Shown one piece after another: positions 18,407 to 27,051 of a stretch of 41,326 nucleotides of DNA (position 1 is the first letter of the stretch; every line of letters starts with the position of its first letter). The DNA is from a virus. Lineage: Duplodnaviria > Caudoviricetes. A program made the translations under genes and the position numbers. Location of the stretch: positions 1 through 41,326 of the IMG/VR virus record IMGVR_UViG_3300024344_000040. One strand, given 5' to 3'. Under the pieces are notes generated by a model. It saw only the letters and a program-made list of their open reading frames with translations. It made no database searches and was not told where the DNA came from.

Positions 18407-19003
18407 CTACCTCGGGGGTGTATCAATATTCGTAGATCTTGCTCCTAATCGAGAATCTAACCAGTAGTCAGCATCAAGAACATCTTGAGCATTTTCTTGA
18501 GCATCTACAAATTTTGCTTCTCTAAGTTTTAATTCGTACATTCGCCACATTGATTCCATAGCAGCAGTACTATTTAATAGCGGTTGTGCTAAATCAGCTG
18601 CAATGCGTGAAGCGAGTGCATCTATTAAAAGCGTGTCATACGTTGTTACATCTGTAATTAATGCCGTATAAATTATATTTAGAGCATCATCATCTGATAA
18701 AATAAATCTTCCCTCAATTTGAAACTTGTCAAGAGGTTCTTCCATTCCAAGTAGTCTTAAATAATCGGCAGGTAAAACAAACTTATTTGTAAATTCAAAG
18801 ACAGGAGCGACCGAGTCTTTTGGAAGAGAAGCTCTTCTAGTTAAACAATTCCATGGGTGTGCTCTAAAAACAGATGCTCTAGAATCATTAAACAAAGTAT
18901 TAGCAGCCGATGCTTGCTTTGAATTATCCGTCAAAGCGGTTATCGATTCTGTTCCTAATAAGGCTAATGCTCTATTTACAATTTCAATATCTGTTGAAGC
19001 CAT
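18407..19003 (-). CDS. Tail tubular protein A (adaptor, gp11-like)
   Basis: IVNRALALLG, HPWNC and LPADYLRL motifs; synteny. Confidence 0.9.
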   Translation of the reverse strand: MASTDIEIVNRALALLGTESITALTDNSKQASAANTLFNDSRASVFRAHPWNCLTRRASLPKDSVAPVFEFTNKFVLPADYLRLLGMEEPLDKFQIEGRFILSDDDALNIIYTALITDVTTYDTLLIDALASRIAADLAQPLLNSTAAMESMWRMYELKLREAKFVDAQENAQDVLDADYWLDSRLGARSTNIDTPPR

Positions 19004-19013
19004 AATATCCTCG

Positions 19014-19049
19014 AAAAAGGTGGGACCCCGCTTGCGCGGAGCCCCTCCC
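19014..19049 (-). terminator. Intrinsic terminator after the capsid/cement genes
   Basis: Minus strand GGGGCTCCGC-GCAA-GCGGGGTCCC followed by ACCTTTTT. Confidence 0.85.
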
Positions 19050-19054
19050 GTTGG

Positions 19055-19549
19055 TTAGTCAACCACGTAGATCAAATATCCTACTAGGTCATCACCAGAA
19101 GCAATCGCAGTTCCTTGAGAAGTAGCACGGATAACAACACCGTCCTTACTTTCAAAGATATGCGTACCGCCAGTAGCTTTAATACCAGCTAAAGCTCCTT
19201 CGAACGTTTGGTACCCTACAGTATCAACGTTTAGTCCATCAACAAGACCATCCGCATCTGCTGCAACAGCAGTACCATCGAAGTCGGTATATGCATCCCA
19301 TCCAAGATCTAGAGCTGCTGAACCAGTAGTCCAGTTTACGTATGCTCTAGAGAGACTTGTAAGAACACGTACACGTCCTCCGGGTAGCTTACCAAGTGCT
19401 ACAGACGATGTAGCGTCACCGGCACCGTCTTGATCATGAGTAAAAAACATTACTCTTAATCGACCTTGTGCCTCGGTAGGCTGAGCCATAGTAGGAGGTG
19501 ATGCAGTAGCATTAGTGTGCTCAGTTGACTTTTGAGTTGTAACAGCCAT
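19055..19549 (-). CDS. Capsid cement/decoration protein (Bbp16-like position)
   Basis: Beta-rich 164 aa directly after the major capsid gene and before the terminator. Confidence 0.7.
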   Translation of the reverse strand: MAVTTQKSTEHTNATASPPTMAQPTEAQGRLRVMFFTHDQDGAGDATSSVALGKLPGGRVRVLTSLSRAYVNWTTGSAALDLGWDAYTDFDGTAVAADADGLVDGLNVDTVGYQTFEGALAGIKATGGTHIFESKDGVVIRATSQGTAIASGDDLVGYLIYVVD

Positions 19550-19561
19550 TGTTCAGCCCTC

Positions 19562-20449
19562 CTAACTTTCGTCGCACTTGATTTCAAGAACCTTCTCTTC
19601 TTCCATTCGAACGGAACCGAAAGAAGCTGAGCAGTACACCTGAGTACTATTTCTTTTATCGCGACGTGGGCCAATATCTACATTAACATCTGCACCGACT
19701 GCAAGCAGCAATCCAGATTTAGTGTAGGCGATAACCCTACGATATGAATTAGTATCAGTTGCAACAAGTTCAGTGCGAACGAACTCGAAGCCCATGAAGG
19801 TATTTATATCGCCCTGAACGAGAGCTTTAACAGAGTTATAATCAGAACTAGTTACCTCTGTTGTCTGCAAAAGATCATTGACTTGTTTTGCAGTTAACAC
19901 GATGTAACGAGCTTCTGATGGATCTGTTTCAGATGCGTCCAAGAGCTCTTTTGCTCGACGGAGCTTTCCAACTGTTAGACCTGAGTTAGCAGCACCACCT
20001 GATTCCACGTAGTTAACAGCAATTTGCTGTCCAGCGGGGAACGTAACGGTACTAGAACCAGTTTTACCAGTTGAAACTGAACCAAAAGCAGACTCGATGA
20101 TGATCTCATCCATCTTACGACCAAGAGCATATGATGCGTTTTGGCTATAAGGTGAAGTAGGATCTACGAGCATACGAATGCGATCAGTTCTATCAATTAA
20201 CTCTGCCCAGTCAAAATCCCTCAATGAGACTCTACGTCTGTCATGAGGAACATTAATAAGCGGAGTGTCTTGATGTCGTCCAAGCACTTCCTGTGCAGAA
20301 GTCGCGCCGATCCGGTCGTAGAAATCGAACTCAGCATTTTGAGTTTCGACCCGCACAAACGGACGAAGACGTGAACCTTTCTGCTGTAGGAGGTGCTCAA
20401 CATTTGCTTTGTACTGTTGTACAAAGGCGGTCGTGATTTGAGTAGACAT
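19562..20449 (-). CDS. Major capsid protein
   Basis: MSTQITTAFVQQY, QQKGSRLR, ALGRKMD, LVQGDINTFMGFEF motifs; GGAGG Shine-Dalgarno. Confidence 0.95.
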   Translation of the reverse strand: MSTQITTAFVQQYKANVEHLLQQKGSRLRPFVRVETQNAEFDFYDRIGATSAQEVLGRHQDTPLINVPHDRRRVSLRDFDWAELIDRTDRIRMLVDPTSPYSQNASYALGRKMDEIIIESAFGSVSTGKTGSSTVTFPAGQQIAVNYVESGGAANSGLTVGKLRRAKELLDASETDPSEARYIVLTAKQVNDLLQTTEVTSSDYNSVKALVQGDINTFMGFEFVRTELVATDTNSYRRVIAYTKSGLLLAVGADVNVDIGPRRDKRNSTQVYCSASFGSVRMEEEKVLEIKCDES

Positions 20450-20485
20450 AAGTCAACCCTCCATTAGTTAAGGTTACAATACTTC

Positions 20486-20566
20486 GCTTCGGCTACCCTT
20501 TCGGACCGTCGCTCCCCGTTTATAGTCATGGGGTATTAAGACTCGGACGTCATAGACGCTACCCAA
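20486..20566 (-). ncRNA. Candidate structured cis-regulatory leader of the capsid mRNA
   Basis: Two hairpins share the GUCC/GGGUAGC bulged helix (20543-20566, 20490-20508), with a possible H-type pseudoknot between them; folded by hand. Confidence 0.6.
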
Positions 20567-20572
20567 TTCTAG

Positions 20573-20601
20573 AATATAAACTAAAAACGACGGCTTGTAA
20601 A
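20573..20601 (-). promoter_or_regulatory. Sigma70-like promoter for the capsid gene
   Basis: TTTACA-17 nt-TATATT on the minus strand; same -35 as the early promoters. Confidence 0.65.
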
Positions 20602-21441
20602 TTACATTGCTACCGCTTCATCAGGATAGGCAAAATTAAACAACCTCTGCATCTTTTCTATCGCTTCTGGATGTCCGTCAGATTCCTTATCATGATATTG
20701 TTTCATAAAGTTGCCATCTCTTTGAAGTCGAGCAATTTCCTGTCGAGCTTGATCTGGAGTCATAAGGAATTGATTCTCTCCTTGTCCAAGTTCTGGATTT
20801 GCTTCTGACATCTTTTCGCCGATCTTAGCAAACATTTTAATCAATAAAGGATTATTGCCTTGTCCTGTATTTTCTAAAAATTTCTTAAGTTCTTCTCCTC
20901 CAAATTCTCGAACAGCTCTTTGAGCCATATCAATACGTTCGTCATAGGCCTTACCAAAATCTTGCCTAATTTCTTTATCCCAGTCTGCAAGTTGAAGTTC
21001 TTGCTCTTTGGAATGCTCATTAAATTGATTAGTGACCTGTTCCCAATATCCATCATGTAGAGCTTGCGCCTGAGCGTTTGTTAGGCCTGCTTTATGCATA
21101 AGTGCATTAAGAGCCTCACCCATGGGTTCATCTTGCTCTATTCCCTCAGGAAGTTTTGGGGTTGTGATCTCATATTTTTCGGGTCGACCAAGCCGGTTAT
21201 AAAAGTTGTCCCACTCTTCTGGCTCAGCTGTTTCAGTGGGTAAGACAATCTTATCTGCACCTACCATCTTTTGTGCATGTATATAAGATTTAGCTAAACC
21301 CGTTATATCCTTAATATCAGCTAAACTTGGATCTTCTCTAATTGACTCATCAACGCCCGATAACCAGCTAGTAGGTTCCGAGCTACCCGCTTCTGGAGCT
21401 GCCTCAGGGGCTGCTTCAACGGACCCAGTTTCTTCACTCAT
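20602..21441 (-). CDS. Capsid scaffolding protein
   Basis: Acidic N-terminus, LAKSY, LGRPEKY and GNNPLLIKMFAKIG motifs; precedes capsid. Confidence 0.9.
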   Translation of the reverse strand: MSEETGSVEAAPEAAPEAGSSEPTSWLSGVDESIREDPSLADIKDITGLAKSYIHAQKMVGADKIVLPTETAEPEEWDNFYNRLGRPEKYEITTPKLPEGIEQDEPMGEALNALMHKAGLTNAQAQALHDGYWEQVTNQFNEHSKEQELQLADWDKEIRQDFGKAYDERIDMAQRAVREFGGEELKKFLENTGQGNNPLLIKMFAKIGEKMSEANPELGQGENQFLMTPDQARQEIARLQRDGNFMKQYHDKESDGHPEAIEKMQRLFNFAYPDEAVAM

Positions 21442-21685
21442 TGTATATCTCCTCTGTAAGTTTTAAGATATCTTGAGGGCTTCTCGCAATAAACCTCAAG
21501 ATGCTAAGTACGAGACGTCGTTGACCTTCTCTGTGCGCCGTCTCATGGGGATCACCTGGTACATAGGTGGTATCATTAACAAAACCTATTTTACACAGAT
21601 GATCTAAAACTCTTTCTCCATCCTTACTTTCAAAAACTACTCTATATGAATCGTGTAACTCTTTAATAGACGGCTTCTTCGCCAC
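21434..21685 (-). CDS. Bbp19-like small protein between portal and scaffold
   Basis: YRVVFESKDGERVLDHL...TAHREGQR motif. Confidence 0.85.
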   Translation of the reverse strand: MAKKPSIKELHDSYRVVFESKDGERVLDHLCKIGFVNDTTYVPGDPHETAHREGQRRLVLSILRFIARSPQDILKLTEEIYNE

Positions 21686-23315
21686 CGGCTTCTCCTTCTG
21701 CTTCTACTTGTTCAGCTTGAGTTAGATCTTTTTCAGCCGTTGCTACATCTTTAACGGCGCTTGCTTCTTGTTGAGCTAATGCAGCTTGCTGAGCAGCTTG
21801 TTCAGCTTCGGCTCTTTCTTGTCTTTGTTGGTCGCGTTCTTCAACGGGAAGTATTGTATCCATTGGAACGTCTAAAGTAGCGTGAGCCCATCTAAAGGCA
21901 TTATCAGCATCTAAGTTATCAAAAATCTCTGGTTTTATATTTGCTAGTGGAATAATAGATTCTAAGAAGCGACTAAAATTAAAAACAAGTTGAGCTTTCT
22001 GGGCTCTAGCTACTGGAGAGATATAGTCTACTTGTAGGTCTTCTCCAATATAAGATTCAGGAGGCATGGCAAATAGTTCACGCCTTGATAATATTTTAAA
22101 TACTCTATCGACTAAGGGACCTAAGAACTCGGTCTGTAATCTACCAACCATTGGACCCATAAGTCTCATCTTATCTTCTTGACGTTGAATAACTTCAGTA
22201 GCGGTCATCTGAGGTGTTTGACCAAGTTGTAACCAATCTACATGAAAGGCTCTCTGTATATGTTCTCTTCTGTTATCTATAAAATCCATACCAAGATCCG
22301 GTCGGCTGCCGCTCATTAATGGTTCAACCTTATCTCCTGTACCAGACCTATAATAGTTAAGACCTCCAGGAATTGTTCTTAAAGGAAGCATAAAGCCATC
22401 ATCAGGAACCATGAGGGGAGGATCAGTCGCTTTTTGAGAAGCCCTAATGACTGTCTTCATCATCTCATTTACCATCTTTATATCTGGCATGCACATCATA
22501 GCTGGAGATCTTCCGTACACTTCTCCAGCAGTTTTAGACCATCGAGGTACTAAATAAGGAAACTCATTAAAGCCTCCTTCTCTTAACATTAACTTTTCTT
22601 CAACTAAGACGTAACAAGATTTAAAAGGTAAGTCCTCAGACTTTTTACTTTCATCATTATAATCATCTCTAGGTTCAACAGCATGTATACATGTATACTC
22701 TTGCTGTGGTGTCTTAAGAGCTGCTTCTTTTACTCTATCGGGTAGAACATCTTCATATAACTGGACGAGTTGTCTAGCGGTATGTTTATACTTTCTATAT
22801 AAAGTATCGACACGACCTTCATGATTTTCTGCTATATAACAATCAGCTAGGTGATAGGTACGAAAGTTAATTACTCTCCCTGGTCTATCTTCAACGTACA
22901 TAACGGCGGTTCCATAGGAACCTAGATCCAAATATAACTCATGAAGAGCCGTGGTAAAATTTGTTGCTGGTAGAGCAAAGGTAGAATCAAACATTGTCTC
23001 GACAGTATCGTCGATCCATGCTCTCATGCTATCGTCTTCAGTTACAGTATTTTTAAGGCGAAGGGTAAACCAATGTTCAGCCTCATTTGTTAGATGCCCG
23101 TGAAGTCCAGCTGCTAACTGTTCATTAGCAATACCCGCGGTAGAGTCAAACACTTTATCAAAGCGATTTCTAGAAGCTCGAGCCTGTGTACTATTAAAAT
23201 CACCGCGTCTTGGATTTACAAAATCTGTACAATCTTGCCATAGTTGTTCCCAAGGTGATCTAAAGCTATTAAGCTGATCGGCTCGTTTTATAATGTGCTG
23301 GACCGTATTATCCAT
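21663..23315 (-). CDS. Portal (head-tail connector)
   Basis: LAAGL...WF, GEVYGRSP, MTATEV and GRLQTEFLGPL motifs. Confidence 0.95.
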   Translation of the reverse strand: MDNTVQHIIKRADQLNSFRSPWEQLWQDCTDFVNPRRGDFNSTQARASRNRFDKVFDSTAGIANEQLAAGLHGHLTNEAEHWFTLRLKNTVTEDDSMRAWIDDTVETMFDSTFALPATNFTTALHELYLDLGSYGTAVMYVEDRPGRVINFRTYHLADCYIAENHEGRVDTLYRKYKHTARQLVQLYEDVLPDRVKEAALKTPQQEYTCIHAVEPRDDYNDESKKSEDLPFKSCYVLVEEKLMLREGGFNEFPYLVPRWSKTAGEVYGRSPAMMCMPDIKMVNEMMKTVIRASQKATDPPLMVPDDGFMLPLRTIPGGLNYYRSGTGDKVEPLMSGSRPDLGMDFIDNRREHIQRAFHVDWLQLGQTPQMTATEVIQRQEDKMRLMGPMVGRLQTEFLGPLVDRVFKILSRRELFAMPPESYIGEDLQVDYISPVARAQKAQLVFNFSRFLESIIPLANIKPEIFDNLDADNAFRWAHATLDVPMDTILPVEERDQQRQERAEAEQAAQQAALAQQEASAVKDVATAEKDLTQAEQVEAEGEAGGEEAVY

Positions 23316-23342
23316 CAGCCTGTCCTATATTAGAGTGTATAA

Positions 23343-23579
23343 TTATACGCCAGTTCCTGACCCAAGAAGTTTTTGCTTCTTGATATCTTCCATTGCAATA
23401 CCCTCACCCCCAGTCAAAATAGTTGATGCGTATCCTTTACGGTCTTTAGTCGCGGCTAATTTCTTCTCAGCCGTTTCCGTGGCTGCAGCAGCCGTTGGTG
23501 CTGGAAAACTAATTTGAGGAACAGGCGGTGGTTTTGGTGCTCTGAATATACTTGTAATTGCCCTGAATACTTTACCCAT
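23343..23579 (-). CDS. Small virion/assembly protein
   Basis: Pro/Ala-rich, RKGYASTILTG...KLLG motif typical of the gene before the portal. Confidence 0.75.
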   Translation of the reverse strand: MGKVFRAITSIFRAPKPPPVPQISFPAPTAAAATETAEKKLAATKDRKGYASTILTGGEGIAMEDIKKQKLLGSGTGV

Positions 23580-24024
23580 AACTTATCTCCTTTTTAAACG
23601 AATACCCAGAAATATCATAACCCATAATCTGATGTAAACGAATACTATTATCAACTTTTTTACCGCTGTGTATAGAACTATGCATATCTTTTGCACCTTT
23701 TGACTTTGCCCACTTTTCAAAATCCTTAAATATACGAACAGCAGCGAATGCATTAATAGCATAAAAATGATCTATATGCACCCCTACTCTATCAGAAATA
23801 GTATACTCCGTAAATCCTCCAAGGTACATCGCCATTATTGTTTCACCATCGTCGCGCAATACGATACGTCCAAATGTATCCTCCATTGAGATATATTGAT
23901 CTAAAACGTCAGTTAATTTATCAATATTAATTTTAGCTTCAAAAAAGGGAGAATCATTCCACTGGTCCTGGACAAATGGAACTAGTTTAGGATAATCGTC
24001 TTTTGTTAAATCTCTAATATGCAT
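23572..24024 (-). CDS. GNAT-fold acetyltransferase-like protein
   Basis: MHIRDLTKDD start (ATG at 24024 preferred), FEKWAKSKGA and LHQIMGY GNAT-like motifs. Confidence 0.7.
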   Translation of the reverse strand: MHIRDLTKDDYPKLVPFVQDQWNDSPFFEAKINIDKLTDVLDQYISMEDTFGRIVLRDDGETIMAMYLGGFTEYTISDRVGVHIDHFYAINAFAAVRIFKDFEKWAKSKGAKDMHSSIHSGKKVDNSIRLHQIMGYDISGYSFKKEISYG

Positions 24025-25315
24025 TGAAGATATGATAATCACCTTCAGCCATTCTAGGTAAATTAGCCCTCTGTTTATTTAAACGATCTCGAACACCAAG
24101 AGCCATATATCTCATAGCATCTGCCGGATGACTAGTCCAATCATGAAGTGGTCGATCCCTAAATGTCTTATTTTTTTCATCAAAATCTTTTCGATACTGT
24201 CTTAAGGCTTCTATAAGGTGGGAACACTTATCTTCGTCTATATAACAACGAGGTAAAATAGACCTTACAGCCTCTATGCCATCCTCTACTCTTAGATTAG
24301 GAAGGACCCTATATCGTATTCCTAACTCACGGGCAACCTCTAAGCGAGACTTACCGGTACTAAAATCTCTAACTTTTATATCGTGAGGAGCAAGATGTTC
24401 ACCGTAGACGTATTCTTTTTCTCTGACTGTCTTAATATAGTGGGCTATTCCTTCGCCCTGATTTTCATAATAGTCTATTATTCTGATCTCATTTCCATGT
24501 AACTGGAAGAATATAATGACAGTAGAGTCCCCCACACCTAGGTCCCAAGAGGTATGTACATCTAAAAGGGGATCATAGGGCACTTTTGTAATATGTCTAT
24601 CAGCAAGTAACCTAGCCATAGCGTTACCATAATACGATCCTACTAATGGTGCATCAAAAGAACAATAAAATTCTTGTTGTATCATCTCCTCAGGCATACC
24701 AGCAGCGCGTTCTTCATCTATTGCTTCTATAGAAATAGCCCGAGTATCTTCAATACTTAAGACTTGTTGGAACCAAGTCTCATTCTTTTTAGCTATATTA
24801 AGTAATTCATATCCGTGATTTCGACCTCTAGCGGTATAAATAAATACCGCCCATCCTCCATTTTCAGCCAAGATGGGACGAATGTAATCCCAGGCCCTTG
24901 GGTCTTGAAGAGCGTACTCAGAAAAAATAACTCCGACGGGGTTAGCTCCCACAAGTCTGTCAACATTATCGGTACCGACAATCTGATAGATTGAGCCATT
25001 CTTTAAAGTAAGCCGCATTTCTGTATTATTAACAGCGGTCCATGTTTCTTCAGGGAAGTGTTCAAGGAATTTTCGTCCATCACGTGTCATTCCATCCCAA
25101 GCTATTTTTCTCCCCTGGTTATATGTGGGAAATAGGTGCCAATATAGTCCGGGTCGCTGTAATGCAGAAACCACGCACCAATTTACCATACTTAAATCTT
25201 TACCAGCTCGGCGATGCCAAACACAAACTGCTCTTTTACCGCCGTTTTCTAAAAACTTCCACAACGGTAACTGGTAAGATCTAGGTGTCCAATCAACCGG
25301 AACCTGAATTGCCAT
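24014..25315 (-). CDS. terL: Terminase large subunit
   Basis: PRSYQ, WHRRAGKD Walker A, VIFSE Walker B, WDLG nuclease and SHPADAMRY; ATG at 25315 preferred. Confidence 0.95.
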   Translation of the reverse strand: MAIQVPVDWTPRSYQLPLWKFLENGGKRAVCVWHRRAGKDLSMVNWCVVSALQRPGLYWHLFPTYNQGRKIAWDGMTRDGRKFLEHFPEETWTAVNNTEMRLTLKNGSIYQIVGTDNVDRLVGANPVGVIFSEYALQDPRAWDYIRPILAENGGWAVFIYTARGRNHGYELLNIAKKNETWFQQVLSIEDTRAISIEAIDEERAAGMPEEMIQQEFYCSFDAPLVGSYYGNAMARLLADRHITKVPYDPLLDVHTSWDLGVGDSTVIIFFQLHGNEIRIIDYYENQGEGIAHYIKTVREKEYVYGEHLAPHDIKVRDFSTGKSRLEVARELGIRYRVLPNLRVEDGIEAVRSILPRCYIDEDKCSHLIEALRQYRKDFDEKNKTFRDRPLHDWTSHPADAMRYMALGVRDRLNKQRANLPRMAEGDYHIFNAY

Positions 25316-25607
25316 CGTCTTTCTTTGGTACCTCCTGAGGAGCAAACTTTACAACCTCAATTGTTAAATTACCATCAGTTGTTTGCGCCATATCCACGGC
25401 TTTTCGTTTTGGTGCCACATATTGCGCCAATTCTTTATAACATTGCAGCTTAAGCTCAGGCGAAGACATAGGATCAACGGCTATCATTGCCATACCCTCG
25501 ATAGGATCGCAATCTAGCTTGTCAAGTTTTTCCTGAATCTCTTGCGAACGCTTATTTGTCGCGCCTGGCGGCCTTCCAGCCCCGGGTCTCGCTCCACCTT
25601 GTGCCAT
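25293..25607 (-). CDS. terS: Terminase small subunit
   Basis: GGARPGAGRPPG and ELAQYVAPK motifs; TAAGGAG Shine-Dalgarno before the ATG at 25607; overlaps terL. Confidence 0.8.
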   Translation of the reverse strand: MAQGGARPGAGRPPGATNKRSQEIQEKLDKLDCDPIEGMAMIAVDPMSSPELKLQCYKELAQYVAPKRKAVDMAQTTDGNLTIEVVKFAPQEVPKKDDGNSGSG

Positions 25608-25635
25608 ATGAAACTCCTTACTATCTATATATATC

Positions 25636-25665
25636 ATTATAACACGCCCCATGTAAACTGTTTAC
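25636..25665 (-). promoter_or_regulatory. Late-arm promoter: extended -10 with palindromic site
   Basis: TGTTATAAT on the minus strand (25636-25644); palindrome GTAAAC-N-GTTTAC at 25653-25665 in place of a good -35. Confidence 0.6.
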
Positions 25666-25679
25666 GAATTTTCTTGGAT

Positions 25680-25755
25680 TATTAGCATATTATATTTATT
25701 GGCATCCTCAGAAAAGATCATAATTTTTTTTAATATTATTACTATATACTAATAT
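25680..25755 (-). repeat. AT-rich element A (inverted degenerate copy of 27421-27497)
   Basis: Reverse complement reads ATATTAGTATATAG, an A-tract, then three YAATA at the same spacing as copy B. Confidence 0.6.
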
Positions 25756-25892
25756 AAAGTTGTCGACTTTTATCCGATTAGAAATATTGTCCCCCGCAGA
25801 ACGACTAGGTAGGCGATTAAGGGCCTCGCGCGCGGGGTTTGCGCCCCCGGGCCCCCATGCCGCACGGCGCACACTTTATTAAAATCATTTAA

Positions 25893-25905
25893 AATCAAGC
25901 ACTTA
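25893..25905 (+). promoter_or_regulatory. Candidate IHF binding site
   Basis: AATCAAGCACTTA matches WATCAANNNNTTR with an upstream A/T tract. Confidence 0.45.
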
Positions 25906-26044
25906 GATCCCAATGAACCCGTGCCTTGGACCTAGGGGATATGGATCAGGGAATAGGGGGAGAGAGATACGGGAGAGGGAGAGAGAAGAATAAAATAGAT
26001 ATTAAATCAAAGGGTGGGAGAGTAAGGATATAAAGAGAAGAGAG

Positions 26045-26111
26045 TTATTTAAAATATATTTTAAAATAAATTATAAAAAGTATTTACAAATCGGATTAAA
26101 TAGATTACAAT
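26045..26111 (+). promoter_or_regulatory. Strong early sigma70 promoter P1 with UP element
   Basis: TTTACA (26083)-17 nt-TACAAT (26106) after an A/T-only tract. Confidence 0.8.
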
Positions 26112-26158
26112 AATAAAAGAGTAATACATTTCGTATTAATAAAGGAGAAAGAAGAGTA

Positions 26159-26311
26159 ATGGAAATAGATATTTGTGAAGATCTAAGAGATGTTGTTAGT
26201 CAATTAGAGATGGGTAAGATAACTGAAGAAACCGCGGTTGAGGTTTTGGAAAATATTGTAGAGTGGTATAAAGAGGAGATCGACTTCTCTTTAAATAAGA
26301 AAGGAGAATAG
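26159..26311 (+). CDS. Small acidic early protein, 50 aa (not in ORF track)
   Basis: MEIDICEDLRDVVSQLEMGKITEETAVEVLENIVEWYKEEIDFSLNKKGE; AAAGGAG upstream; first gene after P1. Confidence 0.75.
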   Translation: MEIDICEDLRDVVSQLEMGKITEETAVEVLENIVEWYKEEIDFSLNKKGE

Positions 26312-26313
26312 TA

Positions 26314-26415
26314 ATGAGAGATTTTGTGATTGAGTTTTGTGGTTTAGTTGTTTTGATGTTCTCATTATTGACGTTCATGTTTTTACTTGCAGCCATTCTG
26401 GGTGTTACCATCTAA
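26314..26415 (+). CDS. Small membrane peptide, 33 aa (not in ORF track)
   Basis: MRDFVIEFCGLVVLMFSLLTFMFLLAAILGVTI; AGAAAGGAGA Shine-Dalgarno; followed by terminator. Confidence 0.7.
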   Translation: MRDFVIEFCGLVVLMFSLLTFMFLLAAILGVTI

Positions 26416-26435
26416 CAATTCAAGAGTTTTACCTG

Positions 26436-26470
26436 AAACCGTACTTCAAAAAATTGAGGTACGGTTTTTT
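26436..26470 (+). terminator. Intrinsic terminator
   Basis: AAACCGTACTTCAA/TTGAGGTACGGTTT stem ending in a T-run. Confidence 0.85.
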
Positions 26471-26471
26471 A

Positions 26472-26538
26472 TTATTTAAAATTAATTTAAAAAAAAATTA
26501 AAAAAAGTATTTACAAATAAAATATAACAGTATATAAT
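26472..26538 (+). promoter_or_regulatory. Strong early sigma70 promoter P2 with UP element
   Basis: TTTACA (26510)-17 nt-TATAAT (26533); shares AAAAAGTATTTACAAAT with P1. Confidence 0.85.
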
Positions 26539-26569
26539 AGTGAAATACCAGATAAGAAAGGAGAATGGT

Positions 26570-26842
26570 ATGAGTTTAGTAAATGACGCAGGAACGTTGA
26601 TTCTTCAGATGACTAATGACGAGTTAAATGAAGTAATTGACATGATTAAGCTGAAAAGAGGTCAGTTATCTGCAGCAGCAGTTAGAAACTTTTCAGAAAT
26701 GGATGAAGTTACTTTTGAACACAAGGGACGCATCGTTGAGGGTGTGGTCGCGAAAGTAAATCAGAAGTATATCCATGTGGAAACAATTAGTGATGGTAAG
26801 TGGAAAGTGCCCGCTGCCTATCTAACAAGGATGGGGGGATAA
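26570..26842 (+). CDS. Hypothetical early protein with SH3/KOW-like C-terminus
   Basis: AGAAAGGAGA Shine-Dalgarno before the ATG at 26570; DEVTF...EGVVAKVNQKYIHV...WKVPAAYL beta pattern. Confidence 0.75.
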   Translation: MSLVNDAGTLILQMTNDELNEVIDMIKLKRGQLSAAAVRNFSEMDEVTFEHKGRIVEGVVAKVNQKYIHVETISDGKWKVPAAYLTRMGG

Positions 26843-27051
26843 TGAGTAAAGTGTCCGCTTACAATCTTCAACCGGTTCTCGATTGGGTAAATACCTGCCC
26901 ATTCGATTACCAAATCTCAACTCTTCAGGGCGGGTATCTTCATTTGAAGGTACAAGTCCCTGATGAGAGAGGGCTGCCAGACTTAAGAGAGCTGGACAGC
27001 GCAACATTAACCAAAGTCGAGTTAGACTTTTTTAAGAAGGAAGGAAAATAA
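26842..27051 (+). CDS. Hypothetical early protein
   Basis: TAATG coupling with the previous gene; GGGGG upstream. Confidence 0.7.
   Translation: MSKVSAYNLQPVLDWVNTCPFDYQISTLQGGYLHLKVQVPDERGLPDLRELDSATLTKVELDFFKKEGK

Noticed and set aside
23337-23348. Palindrome GTATAATTATAC before the portal gene
   Set aside because: Single AT-rich occurrence overlapping a stop codon, with no matching -35 identified
26196-26411. 71-aa minus-strand ORF
   Set aside because: It is antisense to two plus-strand micro-ORFs that have strong Shine-Dalgarno sites, a promoter and a terminator
26476-26490. TTAA-N7-TTAA CtrA-like box as a host clue
   Set aside because: It lies in an all-A/T UP element where chance matches are expected; the P1 equivalent has N8 spacing
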